The notes beneath the pieces are model-generated. The model saw nothing but the letters and a program-made list of their open reading frames with translations, did not search any database and was not told the DNA's origin. From contig CAZXYF010000002.1 of assembly GCA_964644705.1 (NCBI GenBank), positions 1 to 47,076 on the forward strand: 47,076 bases of DNA, written 5' to 3'. The position numbers were made by a program, and so were the translations under genes. Position 1 is the stretch's first letter, and each line of letters opens with the position of its first letter. Shown piece after piece: positions 1-9,852 of the stretch. Source of the stretch: an uncultured candidatus Brocadiaceae bacterium. Lineage in GTDB: Bacteria; Planctomycetota; Brocadiia; SM23-32.

Positions 1-168
1 AGCGCGTCGTGTGGACAAGGTGTCGCGCAGCGCTCAACACCTACCTGTCCACCGCAAATGTTGGAGGTTGAAGGGTAAAAGTTCAAAGTTTAATGTTTGC
101 GGTGTGGTGTTCCCCCAAAAGGAAAAGCGCTGGCATGGCCAGCGCACTCCAGAGATCGCCTTCGGCGA

Positions 169-531
169 TCAGGCGTAACTCGACGTGATCGGAGAATGGG
201 CAGGGTCGAAGAGTTTAAATTGTTCAAATCGTTGGAAGGACGAACGGTGAAAGCTACGGAATACCGGAGCCGTAATCTTGCCCCAAAATCTCTCGCCATA
301 ATCGGCCGTGCCCTTTTCTGCGCCGGAGAGGGCTGATATGACTGCACCCGCATGCCTCGTGGACTCAGAGAGTTTCCGGGCATCGACTCCACGATCCTTG
401 TGGCCATCCCGGGCAATCCACGCGGAGGTTTTTGGATTACTTACCACCATATCTTCTACATTCGATACTCTTTCTGTCAGCAGGTAATAGATCCAGACGG
501 CACGCTCTCCTTCCCCCAGATGCATTTTCAC
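169..531 (-). CDS. hypothetical protein (120 aa), family not recognised
   Basis: Longest ORF in the otherwise unassigned 1-645 region, on the same strand as and downstream of the sulfatase. Codon choice looks gene-like, but I recognise no motif. Overlapping alternatives are 90..416(-) and 97..336(+). Confidence 0.25.
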   Translation of the reverse strand: MKMHLGEGERAVWIYYLLTERVSNVEDMVVSNPKTSAWIARDGHKDRGVDARKLSESTRHAGAVISALSGAEKGTADYGERFWGKITAPVFRSFHRSSFQRFEQFKLFDPAHSPITSSYA

Positions 532-645
532 CTTGCATCTAACCGCTAACCTTTGGCTCCTGCTTGAACTCTATGTTTATCCGCGGCACACGGAAATAAC
601 CGCTTTAGATTGAGAATACCAGTGCAGGGATGCGGTGAGGACATA

Positions 646-2124
646 TCATTTGGGGGCAGATCGTTCCTGATCCCGATATTTATCCAGCAAGCGGCGCAAC
701 TCATCCACCTTGTCAGGAAGAGCCTCCGCCAGATTGGTGGTTTCGCCGGGGTCCTGTTCCATATCATACAGCTGATATTCCGGCAGCCCCAGTTCCTCCG
801 CTTCCGCTTCCTCGGGATAGCTCCAGCCACCGGATCCCCGGGCCTCGAGCAGTTTCCACTTTCCCTTACGTATCGCAAAGTGCCCGCTGACGGAATGATG
901 AACCGTTGCTTCACGGAAATTGCCCTCCATGTCATCACCACGGAGGAGCGGCATCAGGTCATAGCTGTCCTCCGCCGCGTTCTCCGGCAGGTCATCCCCA
1001 ACGATGGAGGCCACTGTGGCATAGAGATCGGTGGTACACGTGGTATGTTCACACACGCTCCCGGAATCCACAACACCCGGCCAGCGAACGATGAACGGCG
1101 TGCGATGACCACCCTCGTAGATGTCGGCTTTCGTCCCGCGCCATGGCGCATTGGGATCGTGCCCGCTCTCTTTCAGTTCATCGATTTTTGCCGCCGGGGA
1201 GGCTCCGTTATCGGATGTGAAGACGAAAAGCGTCTCATCCGCCATCCCCTTTTCCTCGAGACAATCCAGGATCTCCCCGACAAGAGCGTCAATTTGCGTG
1301 ACGAAATCACCATAAAGGCCCAAATCGGTGGATCCGCGGTATTCTTCCGTGGGAACAATGGGTGTATGGGGGGCCGAGAGCGGGAGGTAGAGGAAAAATG
1401 GCTGGTCATCTTCGCTATCCTGCTCGCGGATAGTCGTCAGGGCTTTTTCCTTGAACTTCGGCAGCACATCCTCCGCCTGCATGCCGGGAACGGCCATGCC
1501 GCGACGCATCAGATACGGGGTGTCCACACCGATTTTGGTTTCTTCGCTCGGTATGCCGGTGCATTGACCATCTTCCAGATAGACGTATGGCGGAATATCC
1601 AGGGAACTGGGGATGATGAACGAATAATCGAAACCATGATCGTTGGGGCCGTCCGTAACCGGTTGAGTGTAATCGATGTGTTTCAGAACGTCCCCCTCCC
1701 AGTCCTGATCGGTGATACTCAGCTCGCGGCCATCATCGGTTTGCCAGCCCAGGCCGAGATGCCATTTTCCGATGCAGGCTGTATAGTACCCATTGTTTTG
1801 CAGAAAGGAGGCCACCGTCTCACGATCCTCCTCCAGCAAAGGAGGGCTTTCGCCGGTGAGCACGCCTGCTTTCAGCCGGCTGCGCCAGTTATACCGACCG
1901 GTCAGAATGCTGTAGCGAGTGGGAGTGCAGACGGCGGAGCTGGTATGGGAATCCGTAAACTGCATACCTTCTTCGGCGAGCCGGTCCAGCACGGGGGTGG
2001 GCGCTTTGCAGTTGGGGTTATAACATCCAACGTCGCCATAGCCCTGGTCATCGGCCAGGATATAAACAATATTCGGGTTCTGAGACATGATAAGTGAGTC
2101 CTGAAGAGCAGAGCGGGAAACCAA
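646..2124 (-). CDS. arylsulfatase (formylglycine-dependent sulfatase family)
   Basis: N-terminal IVYILADDQGYGD, sulfatase signature SSAVCTPTRYSILTGR (C-x-P-x-R) and GKWHLG. The true start may be the internal Met MSQNPN (about 2088). No signal peptide is visible. Confidence 0.9.
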   Translation of the reverse strand: MVSRSALQDSLIMSQNPNIVYILADDQGYGDVGCYNPNCKAPTPVLDRLAEEGMQFTDSHTSSAVCTPTRYSILTGRYNWRSRLKAGVLTGESPPLLEEDRETVASFLQNNGYYTACIGKWHLGLGWQTDDGRELSITDQDWEGDVLKHIDYTQPVTDGPNDHGFDYSFIIPSSLDIPPYVYLEDGQCTGIPSEETKIGVDTPYLMRRGMAVPGMQAEDVLPKFKEKALTTIREQDSEDDQPFFLYLPLSAPHTPIVPTEEYRGSTDLGLYGDFVTQIDALVGEILDCLEEKGMADETLFVFTSDNGASPAAKIDELKESGHDPNAPWRGTKADIYEGGHRTPFIVRWPGVVDSGSVCEHTTCTTDLYATVASIVGDDLPENAAEDSYDLMPLLRGDDMEGNFREATVHHSVSGHFAIRKGKWKLLEARGSGGWSYPEEAEAEELGLPEYQLYDMEQDPGETTNLAEALPDKVDELRRLLDKYRDQERSAPK

Positions 2125-2221
2125 TTATACGAACGGCTGTTTCGCAACAACGGAAATGCTGCAGGGAAGATACGATCGATCCGGCAGCAGACCGATTAGG
2201 TTACAAAAAATCGCGCCATGG

Positions 2222-2986
2222 TTACAATCCAGTGGGCAAGTCGATGAAAGAGCATTCAACGTCGTAGCGGTCACGGACCCACTCCATAACCGCTATCACA
2301 CCCGGGGTTTCCGTCCGGTAATGCCCGGCGGCGATGACTGATATCCCCAACTCGATGGCCGGGTGATATTGGCTGTGTTCCATCTCCCCGGTGATCAAAC
2401 AATCATAGCCCTCTTCGGCGCATGTTTGCACAGCGTCGGCCCCACCGCCGGAAACAATGCCCACGCTTTCGACGGGACAGGCGGGTTCATTGATCAAATG
2501 CGAACTTGCTCCCAACCAGTCATCGACATCTCCGGCCAACTCGGTTAGCGGCAATGGTTTGGACAAAGTCCCCCCATATCCAATGGGGACCCCCTGATAT
2601 TCAAAAAAAGGTTCCGGGGTTTCGACGCCAAGTTTTTCCGCTATGATCGCGTTATGGCCTAATTCGGGGTGCATATCCAGTGGAAGGTGGGAGGCATACA
2701 GGTTGATCGAGTTTTTGAAAAGTAAACGAAGCCGGTTTCCGCTCATACCGGTGAAGTGTTTGATTCCGCCGCCCCAGCTTAAGCCATGATGCACGAAAAG
2801 GAGATCCGCGGACATATCGATGGCCCGCTCGAACAGATCCTGGCACGCATCAACCCCAAACATCACCCGCTGCACTTCCGCAGTCCCCTCCACCTGCAGG
2901 CCGTTGTTCGAAACGTCGTCCACAGCGCCCTGTTCCGGGCTCAGCAACTCATCCAGCGCGTTCACCAGTGTGTTACTCTCGACCAT
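2222..2986 (-). CDS. Nif3-like dinuclear metal centre protein (YbgI / GTP cyclohydrolase 1 type 2 homologue)
   Basis: NGLQVEG, LFVHHG, INLYASHLPLDMHPELGHN and AAGHYRTE blocks are co-linear with E. coli YbgI. Confidence 0.85.
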   Translation of the reverse strand: MVESNTLVNALDELLSPEQGAVDDVSNNGLQVEGTAEVQRVMFGVDACQDLFERAIDMSADLLFVHHGLSWGGGIKHFTGMSGNRLRLLFKNSINLYASHLPLDMHPELGHNAIIAEKLGVETPEPFFEYQGVPIGYGGTLSKPLPLTELAGDVDDWLGASSHLINEPACPVESVGIVSGGGADAVQTCAEEGYDCLITGEMEHSQYHPAIELGISVIAAGHYRTETPGVIAVMEWVRDRYDVECSFIDLPTGL

Positions 2987-3046
2987 ATTTAAAAGCTCCT
3001 CAGCCTCCAGATTCCCGGCACGCGTAGGTGATCGGGAAAGTTCAGA

Positions 3047-4186
3047 TTATTGTTTGGAAAGCGTCTCATCGACCTCCTGCAACTGTCGGGGAATATCGAT
3101 ATCCTGCGGGCACTTATCCGCGCACTCTCCGCATTCAACGCACTCGGAAGCCCGCAGACCGTCGTCAGCTTCGTCAGAGGTGGGCATTGAAGCGTAATCC
3201 TCTCGAGCGGCTTTCTGGAAACCATAAACCCGAAAATCGTTCATCAACTTGAAGTTCTTGGGGATATTCACGCCCTGCGGACAGGGCATACAGTATCCAC
3301 AACCGGTGCAGTACAGCTCGGCCAGCCGATCCATCTCACGGGTCCGCGCTTCGATCCGCTCAACCTCATTGTCCGATAGTGGAGCGGAAGTGTTCGCCAC
3401 CCGCGTGTTCTCCCTCATCATATCCATGGAACTCATGCCTGAGAGCGCACAGCTCACTCCCCCGTTGGACAGGACGTAACGAAGGGCGAGATCCGGCAGA
3501 CTTTCGACCTCATCCGGGGACATCTCCAGTAACTTTTTAGAGGGACGCGCCAGTTGTCCTCCTCCCACGGGTCCCATGACCACAACACCAATACCCTCTT
3601 CCCGGCAGTAATCTATAACTTTTTCATTCGATCGATCCAGGAGGTTGTACTGTAGCAAGATCCCCTCAAAGTATCCGGTCTCGAGCATCTCAATCATTTT
3701 GTCCGGTGACTCGTGGGAGGAAAAACAGATGTGATTGATCAGGCCGTCCTCTCTGGCCTGCCGGACGATGCGCAGTAGCTCCCCCTCGTCCGCGATATAC
3801 TGGTTGAAGTCGTCGTATTTAAGATCGTGGAAGTGCCAGAAATCTATATAATCCGTCTGAAGCCGTTCCAGCTCATCTTCCATCAGTTCCCGCCAGTTGG
3901 ACGGGCCAGCCGAATCCATGTGAATAGGGATTTTCGTGGCAATATACACGTCTTCTCGGCAATCCGACAGTGCTTCGCCCACCACTTTTTCACTTTCCCC
4001 GCTGTTATATACCAGAGCCGTGTCATAATAGTTGACCCCGCGGTCATGCGCCTCCCGCAAAAGCCGAACGGACGCTTCGGTGTCAATGTTGTCGTCCTCA
4101 TCTTTCGGCAGTCGCATGGCGCCGAAACCGAGCTGTGAAATTTTATGGTCCAGATCGCCGTATTGTCTGTATAGCATAGTTGTCAT
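3047..4186 (-). CDS. aldo/keto reductase with C-terminal 4Fe-4S ferredoxin-type domain
   Basis: The N-terminus LGFGAMRLP...GVNYYDTALVYNSGESE is typical of aldo/keto reductases. Two Cys clusters follow: CTGCGYCMPCP and CVECGECADKCP. Confidence 0.85.
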   Translation of the reverse strand: MTTMLYRQYGDLDHKISQLGFGAMRLPKDEDDNIDTEASVRLLREAHDRGVNYYDTALVYNSGESEKVVGEALSDCREDVYIATKIPIHMDSAGPSNWRELMEDELERLQTDYIDFWHFHDLKYDDFNQYIADEGELLRIVRQAREDGLINHICFSSHESPDKMIEMLETGYFEGILLQYNLLDRSNEKVIDYCREEGIGVVVMGPVGGGQLARPSKKLLEMSPDEVESLPDLALRYVLSNGGVSCALSGMSSMDMMRENTRVANTSAPLSDNEVERIEARTREMDRLAELYCTGCGYCMPCPQGVNIPKNFKLMNDFRVYGFQKAAREDYASMPTSDEADDGLRASECVECGECADKCPQDIDIPRQLQEVDETLSKQ

Positions 4187-4395
4187 CTCCTGAAAGATTC
4201 GAACGGCAGAGAAAGCGTGTGCACGTTTACGTTGTCTGCAAAAAACATGCGCGGGATGGATGTACGACTGTACGCAGCTGGTAATCCGATGTCAAATACA
4301 CTGTCTCCCCTTTGCAAAAAACAAATTTCCATCATTTATTCGCTGGAAAGGACCGTAAGTGGGACATATAATTATTAATAGAAGGATTATTTATA

Positions 4396-4500
4396 CGCGG
4401 GGCTCCCACCCCAAACCAAAGCCCCGCGCGCTGCCGGGCGAGTGCCCCCCTCCCCGGCAGCAATTTACAGCGGGCGGATTTCCCCATCCGTCCGCTTTTT
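4396..4500 (+). ncRNA. candidate small RNA: three consecutive hairpins ending in a T5 tract
   Basis: Hairpin 1 is CGCGGGGCT(4396-4404)/AGCCCCGCG(4420-4428). Hairpin 2 is CTGCCGGG(4431-4438)/CCCGGCAG(4453-4460). Hairpin 3 is GCGGGCGGAT(4470-4479)/ATCCGTCCGC(4486-4495), followed by TTTTT(4496-4500). A TATAAT at 4367-4372 has TGGAAA 17 nt upstream. Both flanking genes are on the opposite strand. Confidence 0.3.
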
Positions 4501-4647
4501 GTATGTACGCAATTTTCCGTATGCTCTGAGCGGTTTTGCCTGAGTCCTTTCAGGTCTTCCGGTTGAAAGATGATTTCAGACGTTGGGGCGATATCCCCGC
4601 GCGGAGGTCCTTCACGGTCTTAAACTGATCGTCCGATCGTCCTCCAT

Positions 4648-5142
4648 TCAGGATAACGCCCGGATGAGCTCGGTGTTCTCCGGATATTTATCGATCAGCG
4701 AACGGGGATTGCCGAGCTCAAAATCATCGAAATCAAAGCCCGGAGCCACGGTTGTTCCCATAAGGGCGTAATCCGCATCCGGTTCAAGGTACAGTCCGAA
4801 CCAGGTTCCACGCGGAATTATTCGCTGGGGTCGTTGACCATTGATGATGTCGTTCCCCAGTTGTGTCGTTTCACTTCGACCGTCAGGATGCAGCAGAAGC
4901 ATATGGACCGGATCGCCCTGATAAAAGTGAAACACCTCATCGCTTTGAAGACGGTGTATTTTGGACGTGTCTTCGGAGGTAAGTAAGTAATATATCGCGG
5001 TTTGCAGTGATCGCTTGCCTTCGTAGCGATTCGGAAGAGCGGGGTCCGATAAGTTTTCATCGCTGCGATATATTTCCCGATAGAATCCGCCTTCTGGATG
5101 AGGCTCAAGGTCCAGCCGTTGGATGATCTCTTCAGCTGACAT
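4648..5142 (-). CDS. cupin superfamily protein (DUF985 family)
   Basis: The N-terminus LEPHPEGGFYREIYRS and the overall size match the DUF985 / YML079w-like cupins. Confidence 0.8.
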   Translation of the reverse strand: MSAEEIIQRLDLEPHPEGGFYREIYRSDENLSDPALPNRYEGKRSLQTAIYYLLTSEDTSKIHRLQSDEVFHFYQGDPVHMLLLHPDGRSETTQLGNDIINGQRPQRIIPRGTWFGLYLEPDADYALMGTTVAPGFDFDDFELGNPRSLIDKYPENTELIRALS

Positions 5143-5176
5143 ACAGGCACCTCCCTAAAACAGATCTCCACAGAAT

Positions 5177-5213
5177 AAAAAAAGACCCCATCGGATATAA
5201 CATTGATGGGGTC
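5177..5213 (-). terminator. rho-independent terminator of the V-ATPase operon
   Basis: A perfect 9-bp stem GACCCCATC/GATGGGGTC with a 12-nt loop, followed on the minus strand by T7. It lies 76 nt downstream of the subunit D stop. Confidence 0.65.
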
Positions 5214-5288
5214 CAAATATGACGTATATTTGCAGATCCAGCATGAGTGACCATCGTCTCGTTCAAAAGGATGGCCCGACACGCCGCT

Positions 5289-5957
5289 CTAAACGGAGAT
5301 GCCGGCGCTTTCACCCTCTTCGTTCGCCTCTCGTTCCTCCTCCAGCCGCATATCTTTAATTTTCATCAGGCGGGTTATGTTGGCGCGTTCGTTTTCATCG
5401 AGTTTCCGCTGGATATATTTTACGGTTTCGCGCAGCTGGGGGATCATGATGTATTCCAGTGCGTTGACCCTCCGCCGTGTTCGCTCGATCTCCTCCATGA
5501 GCTCCCAGATCATGTGTTCCTTTTCGGCCAGCTCCAGTATCTGCGGAAGAAAATCCGCCATGCGCTGTGTCGCCTCATCCAGTTCCAGCGGTGCATCGAG
5601 CAGACTGTAGCCGCCTCCGGGGTGCGCTGCCGCCTCAAATTCGGGAACACTCACGCTCAATACATTTTGCTCAGTCACGGTCATGTCCAGCTCCGCCGAC
5701 GCCTGAGAGATGGCATCATCAACGATCTCACGTGATCCAGCTATACCGGCCAGGACAAACAGTTTGGTCACATCTGCATAATTCCCATTAAACTGCTTGC
5801 GAAGGGCCTTATACTCATCCACAAGGTCCATGAACTCCGCCATCAGACCCTCCAGTTTATCCTTCAGCAGGGAATGACCGTGGACGGCCACGCTCAGCCG
5901 TTCACGGAGTTCCATGAGCTGCATGCGGGTGGGATTGACTTGTAATCGCTTTGCCAT
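5289..5957 (-). CDS. ntpD: V-type ATP synthase subunit D
   Basis: N-terminus NPTRMQLMELRERL...LLKDK and a coiled-coil central stalk protein. It is the last gene of the operon. Confidence 0.9.
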   Translation of the reverse strand: MAKRLQVNPTRMQLMELRERLSVAVHGHSLLKDKLEGLMAEFMDLVDEYKALRKQFNGNYADVTKLFVLAGIAGSREIVDDAISQASAELDMTVTEQNVLSVSVPEFEAAAHPGGGYSLLDAPLELDEATQRMADFLPQILELAEKEHMIWELMEEIERTRRRVNALEYIMIPQLRETVKYIQRKLDENERANITRLMKIKDMRLEEEREANEEGESAGISV

Positions 5958-6046
5958 GGTTTATTTACGCTAGCTTTATATGGAATAAATCTTATACAGT
6001 GTAATACGCCGATCAAGCCTTCCGGGCATCCGTATGACGGCGGATG

Positions 6047-7450
6047 TCAGGTAAGGGGATTTTGTCTGTCCTGATCGGATTTGTCTTCGTAGTGTTCCTC
6101 GATGAACTCATCGTGGACACGTTTGAGTTCCGATTCGGGCAACAATCCGAGCAAATCCCAGCCCAGACGGAGGGTGTCTTCGATGGTGCGATTTTCATCC
6201 TCAGCCTGCCGGATATATTCCTCTTCAAACTTTTCAGCAAAACGCACATATTTGAGATCCATATCACTCAGGGCACTCTCGCCCAACACCATCGCCAGTT
6301 CCTGCGCATCTTTTCCACGGGAGTAGGCCGCGTAGAGCTGGTTCATAACGTCGGCGTGATCCGCCCTCGTTTTGCCCTCACCAATCCCTTTATCCTTCAA
6401 ACGGGAGAGGGACGGTAAAACGTCAACGGGGGGATAAATACCTTCACCATGCAATGATCGGCTAAGAATTATCTGTCCCTCGGTGATGTATCCGGTGAGG
6501 TCCGGAATCGGGTGAGTCTTATCATCTTCCGGCATTGTAAGTATGGGGAACTGCGTAATGGATCCTTTTTTGCCTTTCAGGCGGCCGGCTCGCTCGTAAA
6601 TCGTCGAGAGGTCCGTATACATATATCCGGGATAACCACGGCGTCCGGGCACCTCTTTTCGCGCCGCCGAGACCTCACGGAGGGCTTCACAGTAGTTGGT
6701 CATATCCGTAAGTATAACCAGCACGTGCATATCGTGTTCGAACGCCAGGTATTCCGCTACCGTGCAGGCGAGGCGCGGAATGGCGATTCGTTCCACCGGT
6801 GGGTCATTGGCCAGATTGATGAAGAGGACGGAGCGCTCAATGGCGCCGGTTTCCTGAAAGTCCTTGATGAAGAAGTTGGATTCCTCAAAGGTGATTCCCA
6901 TCGCGCCAAAGACAACCGCAAAATCCTCTTCTGTTCCCAGAACCGTTGACTGCCGCGCAATTTGGGCAGCCAGGCGGGCGTGGGGCAGGCCCGTCCCAGA
7001 GAAAATAGGTAGCTTTTGGCCACGCACCAGCGGATTCAACCCGTCGATTGTGGAGACGCCGGTCTGGATAAACTCGTTGGGGTAGTTTCGCGAATACGGG
7101 TTCATCGGCACACCGTTGATATTGATGCGCTCATCCGGGATAATCTCCGGACCATCATCGATGGGGTTGCCAGAGCCATCAAAGATGCGACCCAGCATAT
7201 CCTCGGACACACCAATTTCCTGACCGCGTCCGAGAAATCGCACTTTCGTTTGTTCGGTTTTGATGCCTTCAGTGCCCTCAAACACCTGAACGAGGGCTTG
7301 ATCCTCATTGATATCCAGCACCCGGCCGCGCCGGGTACCTCCACCGGACAATTCAATATCCGTCAGTTCTCCATACGTTACATCACCCACATCCTCCACG
7401 AGGATGAGGGGACCGGCAATTTCACGAACAGTGAGGTATTCTTTAGCCAC
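6047..7450 (-). CDS. ntpB: V-type ATP synthase subunit B
   Basis: 467 aa, with typical non-catalytic B subunit blocks ([33 protein letters not shown]). Confidence 0.95.
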   Translation of the reverse strand: MAKEYLTVREIAGPLILVEDVGDVTYGELTDIELSGGGTRRGRVLDINEDQALVQVFEGTEGIKTEQTKVRFLGRGQEIGVSEDMLGRIFDGSGNPIDDGPEIIPDERININGVPMNPYSRNYPNEFIQTGVSTIDGLNPLVRGQKLPIFSGTGLPHARLAAQIARQSTVLGTEEDFAVVFGAMGITFEESNFFIKDFQETGAIERSVLFINLANDPPVERIAIPRLACTVAEYLAFEHDMHVLVILTDMTNYCEALREVSAARKEVPGRRGYPGYMYTDLSTIYERAGRLKGKKGSITQFPILTMPEDDKTHPIPDLTGYITEGQIILSRSLHGEGIYPPVDVLPSLSRLKDKGIGEGKTRADHADVMNQLYAAYSRGKDAQELAMVLGESALSDMDLKYVRFAEKFEEEYIRQAEDENRTIEDTLRLGWDLLGLLPESELKRVHDEFIEEHYEDKSDQDRQNPLT

Positions 7451-7489
7451 TGGTTATCTCCTCGGCTTTATTTACTTCGAATTCTCTGG

Positions 7490-9313
7490 TTACCCCGCCG
7501 TTCCCGGGATGGCTGATTCAACCTGTTGTTCGATATCCTTCTCCAGGTCATCAAACTGTTCCATCTCCTCGGGCGGTATAAATTTCGCTCTGGCAATGCC
7601 CTCGATCGCGTCGATGTTGAGTATCTGCTCCAGTTCCGCGCCCTGATTCAGGGCTTTCTTGGCCTTCTCGTTGTAATGCAGCATCAACGAGAGGAGGCGG
7701 AACTGTTTGTCGAGTGACGTATATGTATCAATTTCATCAAAAGCATTCTGATGCAGGAAATCCTCTCTGATCATCCGTGCAACTTCCATGAGCAGACGAT
7801 CCTCGGAAGATAAGCTCTCCATACCCACCAGGCGCACAAGTTCTTCCAGTTCGGATTCCCTTTGCAGCAGCGCCATGGCTTCCTCGCGTTGATCGGACCA
7901 CTCTTCGGTCACATGTTCGTCCGCCCAATCATCAATATCCTGCTGGTACAGTGAGTAACTTCGGAGCCACGAAATCGCGGGAAAGTGTCGGGCACTCGCC
8001 AGTTCATCCTCCAGGCTCCAGAACACCTGTACAACTCGTAGCGTGGCCTGCACGACCGGATCAGACAGGTCACCGCCAGGAGGTGAGACCGCGCCAATCA
8101 GGCTCAGACTGGCTTCCCGATCCTCCTGGGCCGGGGTTTGAACACGGCCGGATCGTTCATAAAAGCTGGCAATGCGGCTGGCCAGATAAGGGGGATATCC
8201 TTCTTCGCCGGGCATCTCTTCCAGTCGTCCCGAGATTTCACGCATCGCTTCCGCCCACCGGCTGGTTGAGTCAGCCATCAGGGCAACGTCATATCCCATG
8301 TCGCGGAAGTATTCCGCAATCGTGATGCCCGTGAAGACGGAGGCTTCTCGTGCGGCCACCGGCATGTTCGAGGTGTTGGCCACCAGGACTGTGCGTTTGA
8401 TGAGTGGCTCGCCGGTCGAGGGATCCTCCAGTTCCGGGAATTCCGTCAAAACGTCGGTCATTTCGTTCCCGCGTTCCCCACAGCCCACGTACACAATAAT
8501 ATCGGCTTCCGCCCATTTTGCGAGCTGGTGCTGGATGACCGTTTTACCGCTCCCGAAGGGACCGGGCGTGCAGGCGGTACCGCCTTTGGCCAGTGGGAAG
8601 AACATGTCGATAACTCGCTGCCCCGTTACCAGCATCTCGTCCGGTGCAAGCTTTTTCCCGACTGGACGCCCCTCGCGCACTGGCCAGCGCTGGCGCATCC
8701 TGACAGGTATCTCCTGCCCATCTTCATTCTCGATAACAGCAACGGCATCTTCAACGGTTGCTTCGCCGCTTTCAAGGCTTTTCAGAGTTCCACTGATCCC
8801 GGGGGGGACCATCACGCGGTGCTCCACCACGGCCGTTTCCTGCACCGTTCCCAGGATATCGCCTGTTTCCACGTGGTCGCCAGTTTCGGCAACGGGGTCA
8901 AAATCCCACAGTTTGTCCGGATCAAGAGCCGGGACTTCAGCGCCGCGATGAATGAATGCGCCGACTTCTTCTTCCAGCAGATCCAGCGGACGCTGGACGC
9001 CGTCGTAAATGGCGCCAACCAGGCCGGGTCCGAGGTCCACGCTCAATGGGTCTCCGGTAGTCCAGGCGGGCGAGCCGGGACCAATACCCTCGGTTTCTTC
9101 ATAAACCTGGATCGAATACTCGTTGCCGCGGATCTCAATTACTTCGCCGAAGAGCCGTTCTTCTCCGACACGAACCATCTCATGCATCTTGGCTCCGGTA
9201 AGATCCTGAGCCACAACTAATGGTCCTGATACCCGGGACACGCGCCCTTTGACGGTTTCAGTGTCCTGTGTCCCTGCGGTTTGCTTCTCGTTTTGTTTGG
9301 TTTCTTCAGCCAC
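7490..9313 (-). CDS. ntpA: V-type ATP synthase catalytic subunit A
   Basis: 607 aa, with Walker A GPFGSGKT and the blocks VYVGCGERGNEM and PGEEGYPPYL. There is no intein-sized insertion. Confidence 0.95.
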   Translation of the reverse strand: MAEETKQNEKQTAGTQDTETVKGRVSRVSGPLVVAQDLTGAKMHEMVRVGEERLFGEVIEIRGNEYSIQVYEETEGIGPGSPAWTTGDPLSVDLGPGLVGAIYDGVQRPLDLLEEEVGAFIHRGAEVPALDPDKLWDFDPVAETGDHVETGDILGTVQETAVVEHRVMVPPGISGTLKSLESGEATVEDAVAVIENEDGQEIPVRMRQRWPVREGRPVGKKLAPDEMLVTGQRVIDMFFPLAKGGTACTPGPFGSGKTVIQHQLAKWAEADIIVYVGCGERGNEMTDVLTEFPELEDPSTGEPLIKRTVLVANTSNMPVAAREASVFTGITIAEYFRDMGYDVALMADSTSRWAEAMREISGRLEEMPGEEGYPPYLASRIASFYERSGRVQTPAQEDREASLSLIGAVSPPGGDLSDPVVQATLRVVQVFWSLEDELASARHFPAISWLRSYSLYQQDIDDWADEHVTEEWSDQREEAMALLQRESELEELVRLVGMESLSSEDRLLMEVARMIREDFLHQNAFDEIDTYTSLDKQFRLLSLMLHYNEKAKKALNQGAELEQILNIDAIEGIARAKFIPPEEMEQFDDLEKDIEQQVESAIPGTAG

Positions 9314-9426
9314 GAAAACCTCCGGTGGGCCTAAATGGTGTTGTCAGAATATAGCGTTCTCAATATGCGATATCAGTATCAATTTAACGCTGCAAACACA
9401 CTGCAGCTTTTTGTTCACGACAGATC

Positions 9427-9765
9427 CTACTGTTCAGACAGCACGTCAACTCCAATTGTCCGCTCCATCGTTTTCCGCATCCACTCCATCGTTGTGTTTT
9501 TGGCACCCAGGTGGGACGGAACGAGCATGATGACAGTGTTTTTCCGGCCACGTAGCTCCTCAACTTCCTCCTGCAGCTCATCAGCCATCGTTTCGCTCAA
9601 CAGAATGAGGCGCACCTCTTGCCGGTTCACCTGCACGCGAAGCGATTCCGTCATTTCCTCCTCGGTGTCCACCGAGACCAACTCCACACCAATGCTCTGG
9701 AGGCCCAGCATTTCAGATCGCGGTCCGATGGCAACAATTTTGGGGGATTCACTCATACCAGTCAC
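9427..9765 (-). CDS. V-type ATP synthase subunit F
   Basis: About 110 aa, KIVAIG...GLQSIGVE N-terminus, and a position between C and A as in ntp operons. Confidence 0.8.
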   Translation of the reverse strand: MTGMSESPKIVAIGPRSEMLGLQSIGVELVSVDTEEEMTESLRVQVNRQEVRLILLSETMADELQEEVEELRGRKNTVIMLVPSHLGAKNTTMEWMRKTMERTIGVDVLSEQ

Positions 9766-9852
9766 TCAACCAGAAATTTTTATCTCGCATCAAGCGTGTA
9801 ATGTTATTTTTGGCTCTTTCCACAGGCCCGTCCATCTCACAGTCGGCTTCGG

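Noticed and set aside
610-2097. 495-aa ORF on the plus strand
   Set aside because: It is exactly antisense to the well-supported sulfatase gene. It is a low-complexity Arg/Gly/Pro-rich shadow ORF typical of GC-rich coding regions.
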